64,000 nt of DNA. Origin: Gemmatimonadales bacterium (GTDB taxonomy: Bacteria > Gemmatimonadota > Gemmatimonadetes > Gemmatimonadales > GWC2-71-9). A model generated the notes under the pieces. The model did not search any database. It worked only from the letters and a program-made list of their open reading frames with translations, and was not told where the DNA came from. Numbering within the stretch: the stretch's first letter is position 1; every line of letters starts with the position of its first letter. The position numbers were made by a program, and so were the translations under genes. Shown in pieces: positions 40,323 to 51,531 of this stretch. The stretch is from contig JBFGJG010000007.1 of assembly GCA_041577295.1 (NCBI GenBank), positions 32,001-96,000 of the forward strand, written 5' to 3'.

Positions 40323-41546
40323 CTACCAGGTAATGTCGACCCAGACCAGGCGGTGGTCCGAGGCTGGGAAGGGGAAGGTCCCTACAAGAGAAAACAGGGG
40401 GTCGTCCTGGACCGGCCAAAAAACTCCCGCCTCGAGAATCTCGAGGTCGCTGGCGGGGAGCACGTAGTCGAGCCTCAAGTTCCCCGGTCCTCTCTCGCCG
40501 TCGGCGAAGTCACCGGTATCGAACGCGGGATCACCTTGGTGACTGTCGTTGATGCCACCCTGCAAACTCGATTGTTGACGTGCGCCGTCGCTCGCGGGCG
40601 TCACCGTTGTGTTGACGAAGCGGCTCTCGAGTAGCAATGAAATCGGACGGTTGGTGCTGTCTCCGTCGTGGGGATCGGCGTTCAGGTCTCCGACGATCAC
40701 GAACGAGGCTCCCGCCGCGATTCCCCCAATTGCTCCGGCATCATCGTAGACATAGGAAGCGGCATCCCGTGACACGTAATCTGCCCAAAAACGGATCTCG
40801 TCGTGGTTGCGTCGGCCGTTGCGGTCTTCCGGGCCGTCGAACACTGGTGGTGTGGGGTGACTCGCGAGGAGGTGAACGACATTCTCACCCACGGTCACCG
40901 GCACATCCCAATGGCTCTTGGACGACAGCCGAACCGCTTCGAGTTCATCCGGCGCAAACCAGGAACTTCCCGTGCGCGGGTCCAACGGAATCAACGCATT
41001 TGGCATGTCTCGCCAACGAAAGTTCCGAAAGGTACGCACTGCTTCGCTGTCGATGGGGAAACGAGAGAGGATGACCATCCCGTATTGACCGGGAAACAGG
41101 CCAAAGCCAAATGCGTCGTTCCCGTACGCCCTGCCTTCGGCACCCACCGAGCCATCATTATCGAGATCAAAGCCTGACGCGACCCCGGTATTCACCGGTG
41201 CCGCAAACCGATAGTCGTACACGATCGGCATCGCTGCTTGCGCACTGCCCGAGACATTCTGACCGATCGCGAGGTAGTTGGTCTGGAAGTGATCGACGGC
41301 TTGGCCGGTGGCATCGTAATCGAACTCGTTGAGCAACACGATATCTGGACGAACGCGCTGGATGATCTCCGCCACTACCATTGCGTGCGAGTCGGTTGGG
41401 CCACTGAGATCGTGCGTCAAAGCGCCGAGCGAGCCCCGATAGAGAGATGTGTTGAACGTGGCAATCCGCAACCGCTCGGGGGGTGTCTTACATCCCGCAG
41501 CGGCGAGCGACAGGAGAACGAGCACTGCAAAAAATCGGATGAGCAT
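40323..41546 (-). CDS. Endonuclease/exonuclease/phosphatase family lipoprotein
   Basis: Lipobox [51 protein letters not shown]. Start set at ATG 41546. Confidence 0.92.
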   Translation of the reverse strand: MLIRFFAVLVLLSLAAAGCKTPPERLRIATFNTSLYRGSLGALTHDLSGPTDSHAMVVAEIIQRVRPDIVLLNEFDYDATGQAVDHFQTNYLAIGQNVSGSAQAAMPIVYDYRFAAPVNTGVASGFDLDNDGSVGAEGRAYGNDAFGFGLFPGQYGMVILSRFPIDSEAVRTFRNFRWRDMPNALIPLDPRTGSSWFAPDELEAVRLSSKSHWDVPVTVGENVVHLLASHPTPPVFDGPEDRNGRRNHDEIRFWADYVSRDAASYVYDDAGAIGGIAAGASFVIVGDLNADPHDGDSTNRPISLLLESRFVNTTVTPASDGARQQSSLQGGINDSHQGDPAFDTGDFADGERGPGNLRLDYVLPASDLEILEAGVFWPVQDDPLFSLVGTFPFPASDHRLVWVDITW

Positions 41547-44363
41547 GCTCCGATAATAGACGGTTCTCCGGTATCGGCAATTCGGGTCCCGTTCCGACGA
41601 TCCGCGACGCATATTTCGGTCATGCCGCTCACGGGGTTTCACCCAGCTGTTGCAGAATGGTTCACCAACCGTTTTGGCGAGCCCACGCCGCCGCAACGCC
41701 GCGGCTGGGAAGCCATTCGGTCGGGGCTCCACACGCTCATCGCGGCACCGACGGGTTCTGGCAAGACGCTCGCTGCCTTCCTCAGTGCGCTCAACGAGTT
41801 GCTGGTGGATGGATTGAGCGGCGAGCTCCGCGACGAGGTGCGTGTCGTTTACGTCTCGCCGCTCAAGGCTTTGAGCGTCGACATCCATCAAAATCTGGCT
41901 GAGCCTCGACGCGGAATTCGGGCGGTCGCAGAGCGGATGGGTTTGGATCCTATCAAGATTACGGCTGCGGTCCGAACGGGGGACACGCCTTCGGCTGAGC
42001 GAACCGCGATGCTACGAACGCCGCCCCATATCCTGGTCACGACTCCGGAGTCGCTGTACTTGCTGCTGACGGCCGAGCGAAGCAGGACGATGCTTCGTTC
42101 GGTGCGAACGGTGATCGTTGACGAGATTCACGCGGTGCTCGAGTCAAGGCGCGGATCCCATCTCGCTCTGAGCCTCGAGCGGTTGGAGCACGTAACTGGC
42201 ACACGGCTCACGCGAATCGGTTTGTCTGCAACGCAGCGCCCGATCGATCAAGTCGCACGGTTCCTCGTTGGTATGGGCAACCTAGACCCGTCTGGCCGGC
42301 CAAACTGTGCTGTGATCGATGAGGGACATCAGCGGAACCTCGATCTAGCGATCGAGGTGCCACAATCTCCGCTCGAGGCGGTGATGTCTGGCGAGGTGTG
42401 GACGGAGATTTACGACCGTTTAGCAAACCTGATCGAAGCGCATCGCACGACGCTTGTGTTCGTCAACACGCGACGTCTTGCAGAACGTGTGGCACGACAC
42501 CTCAGTGAACGGGTCGGTGAGGACGCGGTCACAGCCCACCACGGCAGTCTCTCTCGCGAGGTGCGCGTCGACGCTGAGTCCCGCCTCCGGGAAGGACGCC
42601 TCAAAGCGCTGGTGGCCACCGCAAGCCTCGAGCTTGGCATCGATATCGGAGCTGTGGATCTCGTGTGTCAGCTCGGTTCAACACGGCGGATCTCAACGTT
42701 CCTGCAGCGAGTGGGCCGCGCGGAGCACACCGTGGCCGGTACTCCCAAGGGCCGCCTGTTTCCGCTCTCTCGAGATGATTTGGTGGAGTGCGCAGCGCTC
42801 GTCAGGGCGGTCCGCGAAGGAGATCTCGATCGGTTGGTGACGCTCGAGAAACCCCTCGACGTGCTCGCGCAGCAGATCGTGGCGGAGTCAGCCTGCGAGG
42901 ACTGGCCCGAAGATGAGATGTTCGCGCTCGTGCGCCGTGCGCACCCCTATCGCGACCTCTCGCAGGTGGAGTTTGCGGAGGTCGTGCGCATGCTCGCCGA
43001 AGGGTTTGCCACCCGGCGGGGTCGGCGAGGCGCATTGGTGCACTACGACGGGGTCGGCCGGCGTGTCCGTGGGCGGCGCGGTGCACGTCTCGCTGCCATC
43101 ACCTCGGGAGGCGCCATTCCGGACACGGCGGATTACCGGGTGGTGCTCGAACCCGAAGGCACGTTCGTGGGGACGCTCAACGAGGACTTCGCCATCGAAA
43201 GCATGGCGGGCGACGTCTTTCAGTTGGGAAACACCTCGTGACGAATTCTGCGCGTCGAGTCGGGCACAGTGCGCGTGGAAGACGCACACGGTCAACCGCC
43301 ATCCATCCCATTCTGGTTTGGAGAAGCGCCCGGCCGAAGCGTCGAACTCTCTCGAGCGGTGTCGAGGCTGCGCGCTGACGTCGACGCACGGGTGGAAGAT
43401 CGGGAAGCCACCATCGAATGGGTCGCCGGCGAGTTGGGTTTATCGGAAATGGCAGCCTATCAGATCGTCGAGTACTTGGCGGAAACAAAGAGGTTGTTGG
43501 GTGTCGTACCCACCATGGATAAACTGGTGGCCGAGCGTTTCTTCGACGAAGCGGGTGGGATGCAGCTCGTGTTGCATACGCCCTTTGGCAGTCGAATCAA
43601 CCGAGCCTGGGGTCTGGCCCTTCGCAAGCGCTTTTGCCGACAGTTCAACTTCGAGTTGCAAGCGGCCGCTACCGAGGACGCACTGGTTCTCTCGCTAGGA
43701 CCGCAACACTCGTTCCCGCTGGAAGACGTCTTTCGGTATCTCCACCCCAACACCACTGAAAACATCCTCGTGCAGGCATTGCTCGATGCGCCGATGTTCC
43801 AGACGCGGTGGCGTTGGGGATCGACCATTGCGCTTGCGATCCTCAGGAGGCGCGGTGGCCAGAAGACGCCACCACAGATCCAGCGGATGGAAGCGGAAGA
43901 CCTGTTGGCAGCGGTTTTTCCCGATGCCGCAGCATGTCTCGAGAACATCGCTGGCGACCGTGAGATTCCGGATCATCCGTTAGTGCGGCAGACCATCCAT
44001 GACTGCCTGCATGACGCGATGGATCTCGAAGGCCTTCTGGAGATCCTCGCCCGGATCCATGCAGGCGGCATCGAGTTCGTCGGTCGCGACACGCCCGAGC
44101 CGTCGCCGTTATCTCACGAGACTCTCAACGCTCGACCCTACGCGTTCTTGGACGATGCGCCGCTGGAGGAGCGCCGGACGCAAGCCGTGTACACGCGCCG
44201 TGCCTTCGAGCCGTCTTCGGCCGGGGACATGGGGGTGCTGGACGTGTCGGCCATTCAGCGCGTGCGCGATGAAGCGTGGCCAACCGCTGGGAACGCGGAT
44301 GAGTTACATGATGCGCTCCTGATGGCGGGCGTGTTGACTGAGGACGAGGTGAGACGGGTGGTG

Positions 44364-44399
44364 GCGGGAGAGGCAGCAAAGGCAGAAGAGGCAGAGGGT
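44364..44399 (+). repeat. Nonamer tandem in-frame within lhr
   Basis: GCGGGAGAG GCAGCAAAG GCAGAAGAG GCAGAGGGT, translated AGEAAKAEEAEG. Confidence 0.6.
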
Positions 44400-45501
44400 T
44401 CGGATTCAATCGCGGACCAACTCGTCAGGGCGAGACGGGTGGGACAGGTCTGGGTGGCTCCAGAACAAACGCTGTGGTTCGCGGTCGAGCGTATCGACGC
44501 GATCCGGGCGGTTTACCCGGAAGCGGCTATCGAACCCCATGATCTCACTGCGCCCGTGTCCGCCGGACCGTCGGCCCAATCGTCCGCCGCTGTCGCGACT
44601 GACCGGGAAGCGGCGATTCGCGATCTCTTGCGAGGCCGCCTCGAGATCGTGGGGCCCTCTACGGCCGCCGCCCTCGCGGGTGATGTGGGCGTTCCGGTTT
44701 CTGATGTCGACATCGCGCTAGTCGCGCTGGAAGGTGAGGGTGTGGTGCTACGGGGTGCATTCACCCCGGTTGATGCATCGCACGATGACCGGTCACTCGA
44801 GTGGTGCGATCGCCGGCTACTGGCTCGCATTCACCGGTACACGCTGAACAGACTGCGAGCGGAAATCGAGCCTGTCTCAACTGCTGATTTCATGCGGTTC
44901 CTCTTCGCATGGCAGCACGTTGATGCGGAGCATCACGTAATGGGTGTGGAGGGCCTTGCGGCGATCGTGGCGCAGCTGGACGGCTACGACTTAGCCGCGG
45001 GAGCGTGGGAGCCGGATGTGCTGTCCCGCCGCTGCGAAGAATATGATCCCCTCATGTTGGATACTCTGTGTCTCACGGGGCGGGTGGCGTGGGGCCGGGT
45101 TTCCCCGCCGGCCGAGCCGGGAAGCGGTCCCTTCGTCTCCGGACCACTCCGATCGACGCCGGTTGCGTTGTTCATGCGCGAACATGCGCAGTTGTGGCTC
45201 CACGCGGGGGCCTCCTCGGCGCTTTCGCTCTCGAGCAACGCTGCCGAGGTGTACCAGATCCTCGAGCGACGTGGCGCCTCCTTTTTCCACGAACTGGTGA
45301 ATGAGGCGGGCTTGCTGCCAACGCAAATCGAACAGGCGTTGGGTGAGTTGGTGGCGCTGGGAATGGTCTCCGCCGATAGCTTCGCTGGGCTACGGGCGCT
45401 GCTCATCCCATCGAGCAAACGTCGCCCGCGCGCCGGGGTGCGTCGCAAGCACAGGACGTCACCCTTTGGTGTCGAATCGGCTGGCAGGTGGGTGGTGATA
45501 A

Positions 45502-45533
45502 GACGGAAGGACGAAAGGAGGGATGGGGGGGCA
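45502..45533 (+). repeat. Octamer tandem inside the lhr coding sequence
   Basis: GACGGAAG GACGAAAG GAGGGATG GGGGGCAG, translated RRKDERRDGGA. Confidence 0.7.
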
Positions 45534-46078
45534 GTCAATGCGGAGAGTGATGCGATCGAATCCATCGCCCTCGTGCTCTTGCGTCGTTACGGAATTGTCT
45601 TCCGGCGATTGCTGACGCGTGAAAGTAACGTCCCGCCGTGGCGCGAACTCCTCCGGGTGTATCGACGTTTGGAGGCGCGTGGGGAGATTCGTGGCGGACG
45701 ATTCGTTGCGGGTATGTCGGGAGAACAGTTCGCGCGTCCGGAAGCAGTAGGGCAGTTGAGAGCGATTCGCCGCTCCGAGCCCGCCGGTGACTTATACGGT
45801 ATCTCGGCGGCCGATCCGCTTAATCTCACAGGGATCGTGACGCCGGGCGACCGCGTCGCTGCTCTTGCGTCAAATCGGGTGGTGTACCGTGATGGTGTAC
45901 CGGTGGCGGCCCGCGAGGGTGGCGCGTTCCGAGAGTTCACGCCGATTGACCCGCCGATGCGACACGACGTCGAGCGAGCGCTGGTGCGGAAGCGGGTGAG
46001 TCCGGCGCTGCGAGCTTATCTCGGAAACGTGGGGTAATCTCCGCTCCGTTTTTCCTACACAGAACCCGGAGTATCTCG

Positions 46079-46963
46079 ATGTACCGATGCCTTTTCGGAG
46101 CCGTCGTGACTTTGTCGTGGTGGGCGACAGCGGATGCACAACAACGACATCCGTATCGGGTCGAACAGTCGATTACGACCGCCACCTTGTTTGCTCCTGG
46201 GGTGATCAACACCGATGCCGATGAGTACGGTCCGGCGTTTGTCTTTGACGGCACCACGCTGTACTTCACCAAGCGCCACAACCGGGATGGAAACGAGTCC
46301 ATCGTCTTTTCGCAGTTCCGCAACGGTGTGTGGACGGGTCCCACCGTCGCACCGTTCTCCGGACATTATTACGACAAAGAGCCGTTTATCACACCCGATG
46401 GAGCCAAGCTGTTTTTTGCCTCGACGCGACCTGAGAGACCCGAGGGTCCAGACACTGCTTTCGACATTTACGTGGTCGAACGCGAGGGGATTACGTGGAG
46501 CCAACCGCGACGACTCAGCTCCCTTGTGAACTCGAACGATTATGACAACTACCCGTCAGCGGCGAGCAACGGCAACCTGTATTTCGGTTCACGCAGGGAA
46601 GGTGGTCTCGGCCGCATCGATCTGTACGTTGCACGGTTCGAAAGTGGGGAGTACCGTACGGCCGAGAACCTCGGGACGTTGATTAACTCACCCGCCACGG
46701 ATGCCGATCCCTACATCGCGCCGGATGAGTCATATCTCATCTTCTCCTCCACGCGCGAGGGAGGGTACGGATCCGGCGATCTCTACATCAGCCACCGCCG
46801 CGGCAGATCCTGGACCGAGCCGCGCAATCTTGGCCACCTGGTGAACACGTCGGAGTTCGAGTACACGCCGCTGGTGACGCCGGATGGCCGATACCTCTTC
46901 TTTTCCCGCGGCTGGGGCGAGATCTACTTCATTGAAGTCGAGGCATTAGGGATAAGGCGGTAG
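46079..46963 (+). CDS. Secreted PD40/TolB-like beta-propeller protein
   Basis: Signal peptide; repeated P.F.PDG..L.F.S.R units (PFITPDGAKLFFASTR, PYIAPDESYLIFSSTR, PLVTPDGRYLFFSR). Confidence 0.9.
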   Translation: MYRCLFGAVVTLSWWATADAQQRHPYRVEQSITTATLFAPGVINTDADEYGPAFVFDGTTLYFTKRHNRDGNESIVFSQFRNGVWTGPTVAPFSGHYYDKEPFITPDGAKLFFASTRPERPEGPDTAFDIYVVEREGITWSQPRRLSSLVNSNDYDNYPSAASNGNLYFGSRREGGLGRIDLYVARFESGEYRTAENLGTLINSPATDADPYIAPDESYLIFSSTREGGYGSGDLYISHRRGRSWTEPRNLGHLVNTSEFEYTPLVTPDGRYLFFSRGWGEIYFIEVEALGIRR

Positions 46964-47017
46964 GACGGAAGGTTGAGACGAGTACCTGCAGATCCTCAGT
47001 CTTTCCGACCACCCGCC
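46956..47017. repeat. Inverted octamer element between convergent genes
   Basis: Plus GGCGGTAG GACGGAAG (contains the PD40 gene TAG); minus GGCGGGTG GTCGGAAA. Confidence 0.6.
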
Positions 47018-47026
47018 TCCGCCCTC

Positions 47027-48793
47027 TCAGCGTCTCAGCACCCTTCCAGGTAGGTCTCCCGTCATCTCACCCTCCCGCACCACGTACCTGCCATTGACCA
47101 ACACGTGAAGAATTCCAGCCGGGTATTGATGCGGCTTTTCGAAGGTGGCGCGGTCGGCGACAGTCCCCGGGTCGAACGCCACCAGATCGGCGAACGCACC
47201 GACCGTCACGGTCCCGCGGTGTTCCAGCCGTAGCAGTGCCGCCGGCATGGCGGTCATTTTGTGGATGGCGTGCTCGAGCGGCATGACCTTCCGTTCGCGG
47301 CAGTAGTATCCGAGCACGCGAGGATAGGTGCCGAAGTTCCTGGGATGCGGGGTACCACGTGCGAGTGGTCCGTCGATGGCGAGCGCTGATCCGTCCGAGC
47401 ACACCATCCCGAGTGGGTGCGATAGAAACCGTTCGGTGTTTTCTTCGCTCATCCCAAAGCCCACCATGCCTGTGCGATTGCGGTCGCCTCGCATGATCTC
47501 GAGCAGGAGCGCGTAGGGTTCGCTGTTGCGGTCCCGCGCAAGTGTGCCGAGGCGCTTTCCGACTGCCCAATCGAGCTCGGCCGATCCGGTTGATGTAATC
47601 TGAACGGCGTCCCACGATCCCAGCCCGTCGATCTTTGCACGCACCTCCCTCTCGATTCGTCGTGCGAGATTGCGATTGTCGAGTCGTGCGAGGAACGCTT
47701 CGGTACCACCATCCCGCGACCATACGGGGAAGAGTGACGCCAACACCGTGCTATACGCAACGTAGGGGTACCGATCGTAGGTAACTTGAATACCGCCAGC
47801 TCTGGCTGCAGCCAGGGTTTCGAGGACCGGCTTCGCCTTCCACCAGTTTCGTTCGCCCTGTGCCTTGAGGTGGGAGATGTGAATGGGTACTCGTGCTGTG
47901 CGGCCTACATCCAGCGCCTCCTCCACAGCGCTGAACAAACGATCATCCTCGTTGCGCATGTGGCTCGCGTAGGGCAACCCCGTACCCCGCAGCTCCGCAG
48001 CGAGCGCCATGAGTTCGCTCGTGTGGGCGAAGGCTCCAGGAACGTATTCCAGGCCGCTGGAGAGACCGCAGGCGCCCTGGCGCACCGCCTCTGCCACGAG
48101 CTGCCGCATTTGGTCGAGTTCTTGGTCGGTTGGCTCGCGATGGACGGTGCCAATCACGTACTCTCGGACGGTTCCGTGGCCAACCATGCTGGCGAAGTTG
48201 ACACCGATCCCGCGTCGCTCGAGCTGTGCGAAGAACCCTCCGAGATCGGAGAACTCGAGATTGATGCCGTATTCCCGCAGGAAGCTCTCAGCGGCTTCCC
48301 GCGCACGGTCCGGACGCCAAGGACCAATGGAACCTCCGTCCTGGCCAGCAATCTCAGTGGTGACCCCTTGGCGGACCTTGCTTGGGGCTTGGGGGTCGAC
48401 GAACAGCTCGAGATCCGTATGCGAGTGAACGTCGATGAATCCTGGAGCGAGGGCGAGCCCAGTGAGGTCGTGTACCCGTGCCCCCGGTGCTGCCACGCGC
48501 GGTCCCACCGCGCTGATGCGGTCCTCGGTGATGGCGATATCGAGGATGCGCGGCGGACCAGCGGTTCCATCGAACACCAACGCGTTGCGGAGTATCAGGT
48601 TGGCACGGTGGACGGTACGCGTTCCGGTGCGCCTGAGAATGGAGAGCGTGGATGGCGCGAGGGCGAAGGCTGCGGCGGTTGCTGTCGATTGAAGGAAGGA
48701 CCGGCGTGTAAGAGGAGGGAAGGTGGGAAAGACGGAAGATTGAAAGGACGTATCTTTGCCTCCTTCCGGCCTTCTATCCTTCCGTTCTTCCAT
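47027..48793 (-). CDS. N-acyl-D-amino-acid deacylase (amidohydrolase), Tat-exported
   Basis: TRRSFLQ twin-arginine motif; PGFIDVHSHTD, SGLEYVPG, SHMRNE, ISHLK, CSDG, HPRNFGTYPR, ADLVAFDP. Confidence 0.93.
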   Translation of the reverse strand: MEERKDRRPEGGKDTSFQSSVFPTFPPLTRRSFLQSTATAAAFALAPSTLSILRRTGTRTVHRANLILRNALVFDGTAGPPRILDIAITEDRISAVGPRVAAPGARVHDLTGLALAPGFIDVHSHTDLELFVDPQAPSKVRQGVTTEIAGQDGGSIGPWRPDRAREAAESFLREYGINLEFSDLGGFFAQLERRGIGVNFASMVGHGTVREYVIGTVHREPTDQELDQMRQLVAEAVRQGACGLSSGLEYVPGAFAHTSELMALAAELRGTGLPYASHMRNEDDRLFSAVEEALDVGRTARVPIHISHLKAQGERNWWKAKPVLETLAAARAGGIQVTYDRYPYVAYSTVLASLFPVWSRDGGTEAFLARLDNRNLARRIEREVRAKIDGLGSWDAVQITSTGSAELDWAVGKRLGTLARDRNSEPYALLLEIMRGDRNRTGMVGFGMSEENTERFLSHPLGMVCSDGSALAIDGPLARGTPHPRNFGTYPRVLGYYCRERKVMPLEHAIHKMTAMPAALLRLEHRGTVTVGAFADLVAFDPGTVADRATFEKPHQYPAGILHVLVNGRYVVREGEMTGDLPGRVLRR

Positions 48794-48794
48794 C
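48715..48794. repeat. Palindromic element of degenerate octamers overlapping the deacylase start
   Basis: Plus GAGGGAAG GTGGGAAA GACGGAAG ATTGAAAG; minus GATGGAAG AACGGAAG GATAGAAG GCCGGAAG GAGGCAAA. Confidence 0.85.
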
Positions 48795-48801
48795 CTACGC
48801 T

Positions 48802-50100
48802 CTATCGCACAACCCTCGTCTTACGCCTCATGAAGTCCATCAAGATGTATTGACCGAGGGTCATGGTGTTGGTGAAGTAGGCCTTGCCGCGACAGATTTC
48901 GCAGACCTTCTTCACGAATTCCACCAGTGCGCGTTCTCGGGCCAGCATGAAGGTGTTGATCATGATGCCGGCCCGTCGGCAAATGGCGACCTCTCGGTAC
49001 GTCGCTTTGAGAATTCGTGGATCCAGCCCCATGGAGTTCACGTAGACTCGACCATCCGGCAGCGTGAGCGCCGATGGCTTTCCGTCTGTGATCATGATGA
49101 TCTGGCGCATGTCCTTTTTCTGAGAGAGGAGAATGCGCCGGGAGAGCTGTAAGCCCTCGGCGGTATTGGTGTGATAGGGCCCCACCTGGGCGTGCGCCAG
49201 CTTACCAAGTGGAATCTCTTCCGCGCCGTCATGGAAGAGAACGACGCGTATCGTGTCGCCTGGGAACTGGGTACGAATCAGATGTGTAAGTGCGAGTGCC
49301 ACTTTTTTCGCAGGGGTGAAGCGATCTTCGCCATAGAGGATCATCGAGTGTGAACAGTCGAGCATCAGCACGGTCGCCGCGCTCGATCGGTATTCCGATT
49401 GATGCACCATGAGGTCCGGATAGTCGAGATCGATCGGCACCTTGAGCCCGCCACGAGCGATGGCGTTTGAGAGTGTGGCGCTCACGTCCATGTTGAGTGT
49501 GTCGCCAAACTCGTAGGGCTTCGAGACGGCCTCAGCCTCTACACCCGTTGAGAAATACGGCGTATCGTGGCTTCCGAAGCTGGACTTGCCGACACTGCCT
49601 AACAGGTGACGAAGCGCGCGGTAGCCCAGAAAGTCGATGCCTTTCTCGGTCAGGTTGAAATGCACCTGCTGCGCGGCGGAATGGGCCTGGCCTCCAGGTC
49701 CAAACACTTGTTGGTGCCCTTCAGGCATTTGTGGTGACTGGTTGACGTTGAGGTAGCCTTCGTCGACGAGCTTTTGCACGATCTGGTCGAGCAAATCCGC
49801 CAACTGTTGCTGAATCGCATCATCACGTTCGGCATCGCCAGTGCTGTCACCACGCAACACCTGCAACATCTCCGGTGTGAGTTTCCCCGATTCCATCAGC
49901 GCCTGGAGAATGGCCTGCTTGAGCGCATCGAGTGAGCGATCCTGCTCCTCGTCACCGAACTGTCCCCAGTACGGGTGATAGAAAGGTCCGCCGGCAAAAC
50001 CCGACTGCAGGAGGAAATCGCTCAACTCATCGAGCAGATCCTGCATGTTGATCGCATCGATCAGCTCGGGGATGTACTTGGAGTACGTTGTGTATCTCAT
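48802..50100 (-). CDS. vWA domain protein (partner of the chelatase-like AAA ATPase)
   Basis: YEFGD, MIDAS LDCSHSM, HTNT, ITDGKPS; SD GAGGT before ATG 50100. Confidence 0.92.
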   Translation of the reverse strand: MRYTTYSKYIPELIDAINMQDLLDELSDFLLQSGFAGGPFYHPYWGQFGDEEQDRSLDALKQAILQALMESGKLTPEMLQVLRGDSTGDAERDDAIQQQLADLLDQIVQKLVDEGYLNVNQSPQMPEGHQQVFGPGGQAHSAAQQVHFNLTEKGIDFLGYRALRHLLGSVGKSSFGSHDTPYFSTGVEAEAVSKPYEFGDTLNMDVSATLSNAIARGGLKVPIDLDYPDLMVHQSEYRSSAATVLMLDCSHSMILYGEDRFTPAKKVALALTHLIRTQFPGDTIRVVLFHDGAEEIPLGKLAHAQVGPYHTNTAEGLQLSRRILLSQKKDMRQIIMITDGKPSALTLPDGRVYVNSMGLDPRILKATYREVAICRRAGIMINTFMLARERALVEFVKKVCEICRGKAYFTNTMTLGQYILMDFMRRKTRVVR

Positions 50101-50156
50101 GGCACCTCGACCTCGGGCTCTTTGTTCAAAACTGGGGAGGCTGTAAAGTTCCCGCA

Positions 50157-51503
50157 ATGATGGACGGGACCTCACATCCCCCGCCCCCTCCCGACGGCGG
50201 TACTGGCGAAGGTCGGCAGGACGAAACGCGAGGTACAGACTTGCCGTCCTTCCGCCCTTTCGTCCAACCGCCCTCGATCCGCGCCCCCTCTCCCCGCCCA
50301 TCGCCATTTGCCGCGCTCGGCCACCGGAATTTTCGGATCTTTTTTTCCGGCTACATCGTCTCGCTCGTGGGCGTGTGGATGCACCGGGTGGCTCAAGCGT
50401 GGCTCGTGCTCGATCTCACAGACTCTGCGTTTTATGTCGGATTGGTGGAGGCGCTCGGCGCCCTACCGGTTCTGCTCTTCACACTCTATGCCGGGGTCGT
50501 GGCAGACCGCGTGTCTAAGCACCGACTGGTGATCGGGACGCAAAGTACGGCCATGATCATCGCAGTTGCGTTGTCGGCGGTGGTCCTCACCGGGGTCGTC
50601 GAGATCTGGCATGTCCTGTTGCTCGCTGGCCTGCTGGGTGTTGTGACCGCGTTCGACATACCCGCCCGGCAATCGTTCTTCGCGGAGCTCGTTGGGAAAC
50701 GCGATCTCATGAACGCCATCGCGCTCAACTCGTCGGCGTTCAATGCCAGCCGAGTCATCGGCCCGGCGATCGCAGGATTCATCATCGCAGCGCTCGGTGT
50801 GGGTATCTGTTTTCTGATCAACGCGGTCTCGTATGTCGCGGTACTCATCGCACTGCTCGCGATGCGGATTCCACCGTTCAAACAGACGAGCCAGAAACTG
50901 TCGACCTGGATCCGCATCTGGGACGGGGTCCGCTACGTCACATCCGATCGACGAACGCGTCTCTTGATGGGCAACATCGCAGTGCTCAGCTTGTTTGGGT
51001 TTCCATTTGCAGTGCTCATGCCGGTCATGGCGCGGGACGTGTTGGGTGGTGGCGCTCAGGCGTACGGTTGGATGACCGCGGCGGTTGGTGTCGGTGCGGT
51101 GGTCGGTGCTCTCGGACTTGCGGCCTTTGGGCACGTGCTCCCGAAAGGCCGGATCATGGGGTGGACATCACTCAGCTTCGGCGTGCTCGTGGCACTCTTT
51201 GGTTTGATCCCAACGGTCGGCACATCGCTCATCGTTCTCCTGCTTCTGGGGTTTGCCCAAATCTCCACCACTGCCGTGACCAACACGCTGATCCAGACCC
51301 TTGCCCCTGATGAGTTTCGGGGTCGGGTGGTCTCATTCTACACGTTCGCGTTTATGGGCTTTACGCCATTTGGCGCCCTGGGCGCTGGGGTAGCGGCGGA
51401 GACCCTGGGGCCGCGGATCGCGCTCGTGGTAGGCGGAGCGGTCTGTCTGCTCTTTGCATTGACGGTGGTATTGAGATCGCAGGAGCTAGCGGAGACGCAC
51501 TAA
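50157..51503 (+). CDS. MFS transporter (MFS_3 / DHA3-like)
   Basis: FAALGHRNFR, WMHRVAQAWLV, GVVADRVSK, PARQSF, NAIALNS, RGRVVS; about 12 TM. Confidence 0.92.
   Translation: MMDGTSHPPPPPDGGTGEGRQDETRGTDLPSFRPFVQPPSIRAPSPRPSPFAALGHRNFRIFFSGYIVSLVGVWMHRVAQAWLVLDLTDSAFYVGLVEALGALPVLLFTLYAGVVADRVSKHRLVIGTQSTAMIIAVALSAVVLTGVVEIWHVLLLAGLLGVVTAFDIPARQSFFAELVGKRDLMNAIALNSSAFNASRVIGPAIAGFIIAALGVGICFLINAVSYVAVLIALLAMRIPPFKQTSQKLSTWIRIWDGVRYVTSDRRTRLLMGNIAVLSLFGFPFAVLMPVMARDVLGGGAQAYGWMTAAVGVGAVVGALGLAAFGHVLPKGRIMGWTSLSFGVLVALFGLIPTVGTSLIVLLLLGFAQISTTAVTNTLIQTLAPDEFRGRVVSFYTFAFMGFTPFGALGAGVAAETLGPRIALVVGGAVCLLFALTVVLRSQELAETH
50196..50272. repeat. Palindromic octamer element in the 5' end of the MFS gene
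   Basis: Plus GGCGGTAC TGGCGAAG GTCGGCAG GACGAAAC; minus GGCGGTTG GACGAAAG GGCGGAAG GACGGCAA. Confidence 0.8.
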
Positions 51504-51531
51504 GACGGAAGGAAGGTTCCGTCCTTCCGTC
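51504..51531. repeat. Minimal octamer palindrome filling the gap between convergent stops
   Basis: TAA-GACGGAAG GAAG GTTCCGTC CTTCCGTC-CTA. Confidence 0.8.

Larger units (their letters stand above)
41622..46037 (+). pseudogene. lhr: Lhr family DEAD/DEAH helicase with one in-frame TGA at 43239-43241 (nonsense mutation or sequencing error)
   Basis: [44 protein letters not shown]. The frame continues after GNTS* as RILRVESG..; C-terminal winged-helix-like domain (LRRYGIV, GEIRGGRFV). Confidence 0.85.

Noticed and set aside
43239..43275. Selenocysteine in Lhr
   Set aside because: The position corresponds to Trp/aromatic rather than Cys, and there is no SECIS-like stem at +11.
38879..51531. Octamer arrays as CRISPR repeats or integron attC sites
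   Set aside because: No repeat-spacer structure, no cas or integrase gene, and no RYYYAAC/GTTRRRY ends.
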